Of a DNA stretch of 64,000 nucleotides, positions 45,746 to 55,200 are shown piece by piece. The notes under the pieces are model-generated. The model searched no databases. It was not told the DNA's origin and worked only from the letters and a program-made list of their open reading frames with translations. Source of the DNA: Candidatus Magasanikiibacteriota bacterium (lineage in GTDB: Bacteria > Patescibacteriota > Patescibacteriia > Magasanikbacterales > GWA2-37-8); the NCBI GenBank assembly GCA_016189025.1, contig JACPGS010000029.1:15911-79910 (forward strand). The letters run 5' to 3'. Numbering within the stretch: position 1 is the stretch's first letter; every line of letters starts with the position of its first letter. A program made the position numbers and the translations under genes.

Positions 45746-46381
45746 AGCTACTAACGTCTGCAGTACTGCGTATTCTTGGCGGGGATTATGCGCTTGTAGT
45801 AAGCCGTGCCCCACATTGGCAATCTCCACTCCCAAATCCCGCAGTTCCCTTATATTACTCCTATCCACCGCCCCGTCAACCGCGCACCGGGGTCGGCCCG
45901 GGCGGGCAGTAAAAGCAGCGATTTTGGCTTTAACTTCCGGGTGGAAGGCCTGGCCCTGGGCGCCGGGGGCAACGGTCATGAACTGTAAAACTTTGATTGA
46001 TATTGATGATAAAAAAGGGTCGGCGGCGGAAAGCGGCGTTTTTGGATTTAATACCAGTCCCGCTTCCCAGCCGGCGGTTTGAGCGGCAGCGACGCCCGCC
46101 GCCGGATTATTGGCTTCAACCTGCACCAGGGCGCGGAACACGCCGCGCACCCCTTGCCAGCGTTTAATTTCCGCCGCGGGGTCGGCCACCATCAGGTGCA
46201 GTTCGGAGCGATCAGGGAGCGGCAGTTCGTTCAAGCGTTCGCGCTCGGGAAAAGTTCGGTGCGGCACAAACACGCCATCCATCACATCCAGGTGGAGATA
46301 AGGGGCGAGACCCCCCACTCGTTCTAGGGCGGCAGTAAACTCATCAAAAGTCAGCGCTAAAATAGCTGGGATAATCAGCAT
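45743..46381 (-). CDS. rpe: Ribulose-phosphate 3-epimerase
   Basis: HLDVMDGVFV, HLMV, LNPKTP, MTVAPGAQGQ and VDG. Confidence 0.92.
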   Translation of the reverse strand: MLIIPAILALTFDEFTAALERVGGLAPYLHLDVMDGVFVPHRTFPERERLNELPLPDRSELHLMVADPAAEIKRWQGVRGVFRALVQVEANNPAAGVAAAQTAGWEAGLVLNPKTPLSAADPFLSSISIKVLQFMTVAPGAQGQAFHPEVKAKIAAFTARPGRPRCAVDGAVDRSNIRELRDLGVEIANVGHGLLQAHNPRQEYAVLQTLVA

Positions 46382-46384
46382 AGG

Positions 46385-46828
46385 CTAGGCGTCAATTGCT
46401 TCCACTTCTTTTAGCCGGCGCAGATACCGTGCGGTGCGTTCAAATTCGGTGGCCAGGAATTTTTTGACAATCGCGGCCGCGTGCTCGGGCGTTAAAAAGC
46501 GGCCGGCCAGGCAGAGCACGTTTAAGTTATCTTCTTTACGTCCCCGCTCGGCCGCTTCAATGTTATAGCCAACCCCGGCGCGAACCCCCCGCACCTTATT
46601 CGCCACTAGGCACACGCCGTGGCCCGTGCCGCAAATTAAAATGCCGCGATGTTCGCGCTTGCCGGCTACCCGTTTAGCCAGCTTTTGGGCGATTAGGGGG
46701 TAATCGTCCTCGGGATCATAACGGCTCGGCCCCAAATCCACTACCTTTATCTTAAGTTGGGTAGTCAAGTAGCGTTTGAGGTATTTTTTCAGCTGATACC
46801 CGGCGTGGTCAGAGGCGAGATAGAGCAT
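46385..46828 (-). CDS. rpiB: Ribose-5-phosphate isomerase B
   Basis: ASDHAG, DDYP, ICGTGHG, ANKVRGVR and NVLCL. Confidence 0.93.
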   Translation of the reverse strand: MLYLASDHAGYQLKKYLKRYLTTQLKIKVVDLGPSRYDPEDDYPLIAQKLAKRVAGKREHRGILICGTGHGVCLVANKVRGVRAGVGYNIEAAERGRKEDNLNVLCLAGRFLTPEHAAAIVKKFLATEFERTARYLRRLKEVEAIDA

Positions 46829-46921
46829 ATTGGTAGAGGCGGATTTACGCTGAAAGCTGCGCGGCTGTACACGCAAGAATAAAGCATAACAATAAGATAA
46901 TTATAGGGTACCGGGCGCCTA

Positions 46922-46950
46922 TTGACAAGAGCGCTATTTTGTGCTATTCT
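46922..46950 (+). promoter_or_regulatory. Promoter of the DGR target gene
   Basis: TTGACA (46922-46927), 17-bp spacer, TATTCT (46945-46950) with extended TG. Confidence 0.7.
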
Positions 46951-47117
46951 ATACCGTTATGATGGTAATGAAAAGTCGCTCTTTAATTAGTGTCTTCAGC
47001 TTTCTTTAGCCTTATTTTATCAAAAGTAAGCCCAAAAGAAGGCTGGTAAACCAGCACTTCCTCTTTGCCACGTGGCAAGGAGTAAGCCCTTTACGAAAAG
47101 GGCAGAAAGGGATCGCT

Positions 47118-47588
47118 ATGAGCGATCTCCGCGCGTTGGCACACCTGGAAGAGCAGCTTGGCGAGGCCCGTTGGCAAGCTCTGATCAGCTCGGGTAACAC
47201 CGGGAAGATCAAGGAGTTCCTGGACACCCTCCCCGAGTGCGCCATCCCCACCGAGATGATCCTCGGCGGGGTCGCCTACGACATCCTCTCGTTCCTCCGG
47301 GGTGAGCAGTCGGTGAAGGGCGACCTCATGGTCGAGCGGGCCAAGGAGATGGGCGCTCACCAGGGTAAGAAGGAGCGCGAGCATCTCCTTGCTTACCAGG
47401 ATGAGATCCCCGTCGCGCTCCGCGGCAAGGTCGTCTTCGTCTTCACCGACGACCGGCGCCCGGGCGGCCCCGAGTACGTCTGCTGCGTCTGCTGGGACGA
47501 CGACCGCTGGGTCTCGCGCTGGGACTGGCTCGACGGCGGCTTCTTCGGCCGCTGCCGGGTTCTCCGCCGCAAGTCCGCGCAGCCCTAG
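47118..47588 (+). CDS. DGR target (variable) protein
   Basis: The C-terminal 39 of the last 44 codons form the VR. GC-rich codon usage, SD-like AAAGGGA, no signal peptide. Confidence 0.92.
   Translation: MSDLRALAHLEEQLGEARWQALISSGNTGKIKEFLDTLPECAIPTEMILGGVAYDILSFLRGEQSVKGDLMVERAKEMGAHQGKKEREHLLAYQDEIPVALRGKVVFVFTDDRRPGGPEYVCCVCWDDDRWVSRWDWLDGGFFGRCRVLRRKSAQP
47454..47570 (+). repeat. DGR variable repeat (VR)
   Basis: 117-bp ungapped match to 47956-48072, with 20 mismatches all opposite a TR adenine. Confidence 0.96.
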
Positions 47589-47660
47589 GATCCTTGGAAT
47601 CTCAGCACTGTCACAAACGGTGTCGGGGTCACTCGGTCCCTTCGGCTCGCGCCGCAACAA

Positions 47661-47685
47661 GCCCGCCCTAAACACTAGGGCGGGC
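47661..47685 (+). other. Hairpin downstream of VR (candidate DGR targeting cruciform or terminator)
   Basis: GCCCGCCCTA-AACAC-TAGGGCGGGC, perfect 10-bp stem. Confidence 0.7.
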
Positions 47686-47955
47686 GTATCATTTTTGTGG
47701 TATACTGTACCCTGGATAGTAAACGAAACAGTCCACGGTGGCGGTCGCTCAAGGCGACCAAAGCTTTGGGCGGTTGAACTCTGGATACACCAACCGGCCA
47801 GAATAGTTTGGCGCATGTCGCCAGCTAGCGTGCCATTGGTATACCCTAAAAATGATGATACTTGGTGCAAAATGCTGGTGAGATCAAGTCTCCAAATAAA
47901 ATACAGCCCTGAGAGTATTCAAAGGGTAGTGATACAGATGGCAATTTGCATAAAG

Positions 47956-48072
47956 CGGCACCCGGACGACCCCGAGAACGTCTACTACGTCTACTGGAAC
48001 GACGACCGCTGGGTCACGAACTGGAACTGGCTCGACAACGACTTCAACGGCAACTACCGGGTTCTCCGCCGC
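47956..48072 (+). repeat. DGR template repeat (TR)
   Basis: Rich in AAC/TAC/GAC codons (27 A); invariant A-free 3' end CGGGTTCTCCGCCGC shared with VR. Confidence 0.96.
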
Positions 48073-48113
48073 CAGTCTTCTCATTCTCCCGTCCATGTGG
48101 CGGGAGTTTCATT

Positions 48114-48536
48114 TTATGACGATTCGAGTTTCCGTATCCACCCCCCAAGCATAATACCGGCCTCAGTCAACTTTCCTGCTAGTTGTGAGTATTGGTTTGT
48201 CTCAAGCCCCTTGGCCTCCCACAAAATTGTTATGAAAAATTTAAGGTGATCAAGTTTTTGCGCAAGTTGGGTAAGTACCGCTAATTTCTGTTCACGTTTA
48301 GCATACTGCGCTGTCAATGTCACAGCAACCAAATCCGTAAATAAAATATCTATTTTTACGCCCAGCGTATAGCGCGTGAGGCGAGGAAGGTGTTGTAAAA
48401 AATTATGCCACAACAAATAACTCTCTTTGAGCAAAGACAAAATGGGAATTTCAGTACTGCCCTGCCCGTGAGCAAATTTGCCGTGGGGGGGGGGGGGCTT
48501 GATAGCCGCGTCGGTGGAAAAATTCAATTGGCTCAT
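48114..48536 (-). CDS. avd: Accessory variability determinant (Avd-like four-helix bundle)
   Basis: LPRLTRYTLGVKID...KLDHLKFF...LTEAGIMLGGW; lies between TR and RT. Confidence 0.88.
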   Translation of the reverse strand: MSQLNFSTDAAIKPPPPHGKFAHGQGSTEIPILSLLKESYLLWHNFLQHLPRLTRYTLGVKIDILFTDLVAVTLTAQYAKREQKLAVLTQLAQKLDHLKFFITILWEAKGLETNQYSQLAGKLTEAGIMLGGWIRKLESS

Positions 48537-49517
48537 AGTTACGAAAATATTATTTGCTTAGAAAATTTATGCTTAGCGTGGGAAGAATTTATCATCGGCA
48601 AGAAAAAGAAACAAGATGTTATAGATTTTGGTCGTAGCTTGATGGACAATATTGTAGAGCTTCACGAGGCGTTAGTCAATCGCACTTATCGCCACGGCAG
48701 TTACGAAAGTTTTTACATCACCGACCCCAAACGGCGGCATATCCACAAGGCCAGCATGCGCGACCGCTTGCTTCATCACGCAGTGTATAGGATTTTGTAT
48801 CCATTTTTTGACCGTACGTTTATTGGTGACTCTTTTTCTTGCCGAGATAACAAAGGCGTACATAAAGCGCTTAATCGTTTTCGGCGTCTAGCCTGGCGTG
48901 CCAGCCGCAACCATACGCGCAATGTCTGGGTGTTTAAGTGCGACATCCGCAAGTTTTTTGCGCGCGTTGACCACCAGATTTTGTTAGCGATTTTGCATAC
49001 CTATATTCCGGATACGGATATTTTACGGCTGCTGCAAAATATTATTGAGAGCTACCATACCGAAAGCAATCCTGGCATTGGCCTACCGCTTGGTAACCTC
49101 ACCTCACAGCTTTTCGCCAATGTGTATCTAAACCGGCTTGATCACTGGGCCAAGCACGCACTTAAGTCGCATTATTATGTGCGTTATGCCGATGATTTTG
49201 TTTTGCTTTCTCGCGACCGGTTCCAGTTAGCAGAAGCCCTACCAAAAATTCAGGAATTTTTGCAGACTCAACTAAAACTATCCCTGCACCCGGACAAAAT
49301 ATTATTAAAGACAGTAGCCTCGGGCATGGATTTTTTAGGCTGGGTACATTTTTCCAGCCATTGTTTGCTTCGTACCAAAACTAAACAGAGAATGTTACAG
49401 AATATCAGAAACTCAATCAGCGAGGCGGGTCTGACATCATATCTCGGCCTAATCAGCCATGGCAACACCGCCGGATTGCGCGAACGGGTGATGGAGGAGT
49501 ATTGGCTGTGGAATTAA
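48405..49517 (+). CDS. DGR reverse transcriptase
   Basis: PKRRHI, RDRLLHHA, KCDIRKFF, GLPLGNLTSQLFANVYL, YVRYADDFV and DFLGW; no maturase or endonuclease domain. Start codon uncertain. Confidence 0.95.
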   Translation: MPQQITLFEQRQNGNFSTALPVSKFAVGGGGLDSRVGGKIQLAHSYENIICLENLCLAWEEFIIGKKKKQDVIDFGRSLMDNIVELHEALVNRTYRHGSYESFYITDPKRRHIHKASMRDRLLHHAVYRILYPFFDRTFIGDSFSCRDNKGVHKALNRFRRLAWRASRNHTRNVWVFKCDIRKFFARVDHQILLAILHTYIPDTDILRLLQNIIESYHTESNPGIGLPLGNLTSQLFANVYLNRLDHWAKHALKSHYYVRYADDFVLLSRDRFQLAEALPKIQEFLQTQLKLSLHPDKILLKTVASGMDFLGWVHFSSHCLLRTKTKQRMLQNIRNSISEAGLTSYLGLISHGNTAGLRERVMEEYWLWN

Positions 49518-50692
49518 AGTAACGATTTTGGATCTACTCGGAGAATCTTATCATCCCCGCTCCGGGGTTTGCCGCGACCGTCGGTGTTGGAGGTGGAAAG
49601 GTAGAGGTAACCATCGGGGCCAAGCGCAATTGCGCGCAGCCTGCCGTAATGACCGCGCCAATGGGCGCGCAGTTTTTTTACTTTCCCCGCGGGAGTAATT
49701 TCGGCTTCGTACAACGACTCGCCGCGCAGACCGGTAAAGAAAATCCGATCTTGGTAAAAAACTGCTCCGGCCGGCGCCCAGGTTTCTTTCGGGCCGGAGT
49801 TAATCACAGGCGTTTTCATCTGGGCGCGTTTTTCTTTTCCCTGAATCGTCGGCCAGCCATAATTCGCGCCTGATTCAATCAGATTTAATTCATCTAAACC
49901 CGATAGTATTCCTGACCGGCCATGTTCGGTTTCCCACAGCCGCCCTTGGTTATCCCAGGCCAATCCCTGGGCATTGCGGTGGCCATAGGAATAGACTGCC
50001 GTGCCCAAGGGATTGTTGGCGGGGATGCCTCCGTTATCGGCCAGGCGCAAAGTTTTGCCGGCGAGAGATTTCAGATTTTGCGCTAATTCTGGTTTGCCCG
50101 CATCGCCGGTAGTAATATATAGGAAACCATCCGGCCCAAAGGCGAGGCGTCCGCCGTCGTGGTAGGGCGCGCCGGGGATGTTATCAATAATGATTAAGGG
50201 GTCAGTAAGGAAATTTATCCATTGATCATTAACTAAATCAGCCTCCAAACGATAGCGGGTAATGCGGTTTTTTAAGGTAAAATCCGTGCCGGAAGTTTGG
50301 TAAAGATAAAGCCAGTGGTTGTTGTTATAATTTGGGTGAACTGCTAGGCCGAGCAGCCCTCCTTCGCCGGCCGCCGCGCCTCCATTCGGTACAGTAATAG
50401 TAGTAATTTTGCCGTCCGTAGTAATTTTGCGCAGCGTCCCGGGTCGCTCCGTTACCAGCATATCCCCGCCCGGCAGCCAGGCAATTTCCCAGGGAATGCG
50501 GAGGTTTTGGGCAACTACGGATACGGTGGAGGTAGGCAAGGCGGCCGGGGCGGTAACTTGTTCCAGCGCGCTCCCCGTGGGGCGATAGAGCAGATAGCCC
50601 AAAGGGTGCAGGGAACCTAGCAAGATGCCGAAGGCAGCAGCACCGGCAAACCAAAACATGACTATTGCTTGGTGGCGTCCTGGTATATTCAT
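49514..50692 (-). CDS. PQQ-dependent glucose/sorbosone dehydrogenase family protein
   Basis: PWEIAW, GEGGLLGLA, HDGGRLAFGPDG, GHRNAQG and NYGWP. Confidence 0.92.
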   Translation of the reverse strand: MNIPGRHQAIVMFWFAGAAAFGILLGSLHPLGYLLYRPTGSALEQVTAPAALPTSTVSVVAQNLRIPWEIAWLPGGDMLVTERPGTLRKITTDGKITTITVPNGGAAAGEGGLLGLAVHPNYNNNHWLYLYQTSGTDFTLKNRITRYRLEADLVNDQWINFLTDPLIIIDNIPGAPYHDGGRLAFGPDGFLYITTGDAGKPELAQNLKSLAGKTLRLADNGGIPANNPLGTAVYSYGHRNAQGLAWDNQGRLWETEHGRSGILSGLDELNLIESGANYGWPTIQGKEKRAQMKTPVINSGPKETWAPAGAVFYQDRIFFTGLRGESLYEAEITPAGKVKKLRAHWRGHYGRLRAIALGPDGYLYLSTSNTDGRGKPRSGDDKILRVDPKSLL

Positions 50693-50805
50693 ATGGCGCT
50701 ATTGTAGCAAGATTGGGGGTGCCAGGCAACCCGGGGAGTTGACGTTTGGCAGCTAAACCAATACAATTGTCTTGGTTAGTTTGACTAGTCTTTATTCTAT
50801 ATTGT

Positions 50806-51144
50806 ATGCCCAAAAAGAGCTGGGGAGGAGAACCGACAGGAGGATTATGGCGAGAGCCGGCGACGCCGCCTCCAGTGAAGCGCGGACACTGGCGCCGGGC
50901 GCTGGGTAGATATGAGGGATGGATGGGGTTGAACCTGGCCTTAGTAGCCCTTGAGCAGAAATTGAGCGAGCTTGGCCAGACCAGAAATTTTGAACTGATA
51001 GTTCAAATTGAACGCTTAATGACAGAATGCGGCGTTCATTTAAGCGGTGTTAAACAGGTCAGCCCCCCGGTCGCTCAAGAAATTACCGAATATTTGAGCC
51101 AAGTAAAGAGTTATCTGGATGCTCTGGCGGCTAAAATGGAATAA
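50806..51144 (+). CDS. Hypothetical protein
   Basis: 112-aa ORF filling the gap, promoter-like AT-rich upstream region. Confidence 0.5.
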   Translation: MPKKSWGGEPTGGLWREPATPPPVKRGHWRRALGRYEGWMGLNLALVALEQKLSELGQTRNFELIVQIERLMTECGVHLSGVKQVSPPVAQEITEYLSQVKSYLDALAAKME

Positions 51145-51238
51145 ATTAATTTTTGGTTTGGTCAATCTCAACTTGCCCGCTTTTCTTAATATGGTATACT
51201 GTAAATACTTAACTAAACCATATTAAGCATGTTTACCT

Positions 51239-52192
51239 ATGTCCTACCTTTCGCCAATAATTAAAACCCGTCTGGAAGAAAAACTCGCCAAACTCAATAA
51301 ACTTCGCCCCCTACCAAAATCAGCCGTCCAAAAACTTCGAGAAAAATTTCAGATCGAGATGACCTACAACTCAAACGCCATTGAAGGCAACTCTTTAACT
51401 TTAAAAGAGACATTTTTGGTTATTAACGAAGGCATCACGGTAAAAGGCAAGCCTCTAAAAGATCATTTAGAGGCGAAAGACCACCATGCGGCGCTGGAAT
51501 ATTTATATGACTTGATAGACAAGGGCAAAAAATACACTGTTTCTGAAATGTTTATTAAAAACTTGCATCAAATTATTGTACAGGAAACCGACAAGGAATG
51601 GGCGGGCCGCTACCGAAACGCTAAGGTGATTATTGGCGGTGCAGATCATACTCCACCAGATGCGTTGCAAGTACCTAATCTGATGAGGGATTTAATTGTT
51701 TGGCTAAATTCACAAAAAAACAAACTGAATATTATTGAACTTTCCGCTTTGCTACATCATAAATTAGTCCACATTCATCCTTTTTTTGACGGCAATGGAC
51801 GAACCGCTCGCCTGACCATGAACCTGCTGCTGATGCAAGCCGGCTACCCGCTAGTTATCATCCTAAAAAATGATCGTAAAAAATACTACGACGTATTGGA
51901 CAAAGCGGATAAAGGCAACCATGAACCATTGGTTAAATTTATCGCTCAATCTATCGAGCGCTCGCTTGATATTTATTTAAAAACTTTAACTCCGGCCACT
52001 ACCAAACGGGAAAAATTTTTGACGCTCGCTGAAATATCCAAAACTACTCCTTTTTCTGCAAAATATTTAAACTTGCTGGCGAGGCAAGGTAAACTAGAGG
52101 CGCACAAAGAAGGCCGGGACTGGTTGACGACCAAAGAAGCGGTTGAGCGATACATAAGTAATAGAACAAGACAGCGAAAAATTTCAAAATAA
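51239..52192 (+). CDS. Fic family protein with C-terminal HTH
   Basis: Catalytic HPFFDGNGRTAR, N-terminal inhibitory SNAIEGN, C-terminal LTLAEIS...YLNLLARQGKL. Confidence 0.93.
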   Translation: MSYLSPIIKTRLEEKLAKLNKLRPLPKSAVQKLREKFQIEMTYNSNAIEGNSLTLKETFLVINEGITVKGKPLKDHLEAKDHHAALEYLYDLIDKGKKYTVSEMFIKNLHQIIVQETDKEWAGRYRNAKVIIGGADHTPPDALQVPNLMRDLIVWLNSQKNKLNIIELSALLHHKLVHIHPFFDGNGRTARLTMNLLLMQAGYPLVIILKNDRKKYYDVLDKADKGNHEPLVKFIAQSIERSLDIYLKTLTPATTKREKFLTLAEISKTTPFSAKYLNLLARQGKLEAHKEGRDWLTTKEAVERYISNRTRQRKISK

Positions 52193-52287
52193 CGGAGTTT
52201 ATATTTTTGATGGAGCCGCTATTTTATTCACCCAGCTTGCTCCCTTTAGTCACCACTTAGTCACCACATCGCATTCACGCTAACATT

Positions 52288-55200
52288 ATGTATAACGCTA
52301 ATCAAGAAGAGCAAAAGATTTTAGAATTTTGGGAACAGGATAAAACCTTTGAGAAATCCGTTGCCCAGCGTCCGGCCGATAAGCCGTACGTGTTTTACGA
52401 CGGCCCGCCGTTTGCCACGGGGTTGCCGCATTACGGACATTTTCCGGCATCGCTCATGAAAGATGTGGTGCCTCGTTATTGGACCATGAAAGGATATCGG
52501 GTAGAACGGCGCTGGGGGTGGGATTGCCACGGACTCCCGATTGAAAATATCGTTGAAAAAGAACTGGGTACAAAAAGTAAAAAAGAAATTGAAGCCATGG
52601 GCGTAGCTAAATTTAATGAACTCTGCCGCTCCAAAGTTTTGGGCTATGTTGAGGACTGGGAAAAGATAATTAATCGTCTGGGGCGCTGGGTGAATATGGA
52701 AAACGCCTATCGCACCATGGATCGCGATTACATGGAATCAGTCTGGTGGGTATTTAAGCAACTGTGGGACAAGGAATTGATCTACAAGGATTATCGTTCC
52801 ATGCATATCTGTCCGCGATGTGAGACAACGTTGTCACAGCAGGAGGTGAGTGAGGGGTATAAGGAAGTGAAAGATCTTTCGGTTTATATAAAATTTAAAA
52901 TTATTAACGCCAAAGAAAAATTGGGGGTCGATGGTGATGTGTATATGCTGGTGTGGACGACTACCCCATGGACATTGCCGGGGAATGTTTTATTAGCTGT
53001 TAACCCAGGGCAACTCCAATATTTAATTCTAGAGGTTGTCTCGCATGATGTTGAGGGCCTGCCTTTAAAGAAGGGAGACAAGATTATTTTTGGTCAGAAG
53101 TCGGATAAGAGGATTTTTGGGAGTGGAATAGATTTATCAAAGGTATCTTCAGAAGAGATTGCAACAGTTAAGTATTTTGAAAAAGGCAGAATAGTCTTTA
53201 GGATGTATAAAAAAGTATCTAAAAACTTGGTTGATGATGGAGATTTTAACGGTTTGGTTTATGAACCATTATTCCCTTATTATAAAGAAACCTCTAATGC
53301 TTTTAGGGTTGTAGAAGGTGATTTTATTTCTGAAGATGAAGGTACTGGAGTGGTACATATCGCACCGGCTTTTGGCGAAGACGACTTTAAAGTAGGAGAG
53401 CGCGAAAATATTACGCTCGTTCAGCATATTGGTATGGATGGTCGATTCAAGCCCGAAGTAGCGGATTTTGCTGGCCTTGAAGTAAAACCAAAAGATGATC
53501 CAACGAAAACCGACGTGGAGATTATTAAGTGGCTCGCGCACAACGGCAAACTCTTCAGCAAGCAGAAAATTGAGCATAGCTACCCTCACTGCTGGCGTTG
53601 CGATACGCCGCTTTTGAATTACGCCACTTCTTCTTGGTTTGTAAAGGTCACGGCAGTAAAAGATCGGGCGATTGAGTTGGCAAAAAAAATTAATTGGTCG
53701 CCGGAACACATTAAAGAAGGCCGATTTGGCAAGTGGCTAGAGGGTGCTCGTGATTGGTCAATTTCCCGCCAGCGATTTTGGGCTAGCGTAATGCCAGTGT
53801 GGCACTGCGAAAAGTGTAAGGATCATGAGAATTATAAAGTATTTGGATCAGTAGCAGATTTAGAAAAAGCCAGCGGCCAGACTATTACCGATCTGCACAA
53901 GCATATCATGGACGATGTTGCTTTCCCCTGCGAAAAATGTGGCGGCACGATGAAGCGCGTCCCGGACGTGCTCGACACCTGGTTTGACTCCGGCTCCATG
54001 CCCTACGCCCAAGTGCATTATCCCTTTGAGAATAAACAAAAATTTGAAGCCAGTTTTCCGGCCGAGTTTATTGCTGAAGGGCAGGATCAAACGCGCGCCT
54101 GGTTTTATTATCTCCACGTCCTGGCCACCGCGCTGTTAGATAACACCGCTTTTGAAAATGTCATTGTTAACGGCATTGTGCTTGCCGAAGACGGCAAGAA
54201 AATGAGCAAAAAACTCCAGAACTATCCGGATCCGAATCTTATGCTGGAAAAATACGGCGCGGACGCTCTGCGCTATTACCTGTTGACCTCGCCGGTGATG
54301 CAGGCGGAGTCATTAAATTTTTCCGAAGCCGGCGTGCGGGAAATGTATAACAAAGTAGTGAATACGCTGTGGAATGTATTGGAGTTTTATAAAATGTTTG
54401 GGGATAATCAAAAATCTAAAATCATAAATCATCAATCGGGCTATATTCTTGATCGGTGGATTATGGCGAAATTGCACGAGCTGATTAAAGAAGTGACCGA
54501 AGGATTAGAAAATTATAAACTCAATGAAGCCGGCCGGCCGATTGTGGATTTTATTGCGGAATTATCTCAGTGGTACGTGCGGCGCTCCCGCGAGCGCATC
54601 AAAAGCGGCAGCGCCGAGGAGCGCGTGGCGGCGCTGCATACTCTGCGCGAGGTATTGCTGACGCTCGCCAAAGTAATGGCGCCGTTTACCCCGTTTTTGT
54701 CCGAACGGATTTGGCAGGAAGTGAACGGGGCAGAGAGCAACGAGAGTGTGCATTTACAAAGCTGGCCTCATCCGCATGGCTTGCATCACGAATCAGCGCT
54801 GTTGGACGAAATGGCACTGGCGCGTAAAATTGTGGAACTGGGGTTAGCGCTGCGGGCCGAGGCCGGGATTAAAGTGCGCCAGCCGCTCGCGGCGCTGCTC
54901 GTCAATAAAGAAAATTTCAGCCACGAACTGCTCCGGATTATTGCCGACGAGTTGAACGTGACTGAAGTGGCCTATTCGGAATATCCCGAAGGGGCGGGCT
55001 TCGCGGAAAAGCAAGAGGGCGGACTGGCGGTCTGGCTTAATACTACGCTGACGCCGGAATTGAAGCAAGCCGGGCTGGTGCGCGAAATTATTCGCGCCAT
55101 CAACCAAGAGCGCAAGAATCAGGGGTTGACGGTAGCCGACCGGGTGGTGGTGGAATACCAAACTGACGATGCGGAAATGGGGGCGGCGTTGCGGGGGGAG

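Larger units (their letters stand above)
47118..49517 (+). mobile_element. Diversity-generating retroelement (target-VR, hairpin, TR, antisense avd, RT)
   Basis: All components are visible, with adenine-restricted VR/TR mismatches. Confidence 0.96.

Noticed and set aside
47389-48249. 286-aa plus-strand ORF reading through TR (and 47091-47870 minus)
   Set aside because: Overlaps the target out of frame and avd in antisense. TR is naturally stop-free in the VR frame and there is no SD. Treated as a shadow ORF, though TR translation from ATG 47938 is not excluded.
48405-49517. RT as group II intron, retron or CRISPR-associated RT
   Set aside because: No maturase or HNH domain, no intron ends, no msr-msd and no cas1. 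The adjacent TR/VR and Avd explain it as a DGR.
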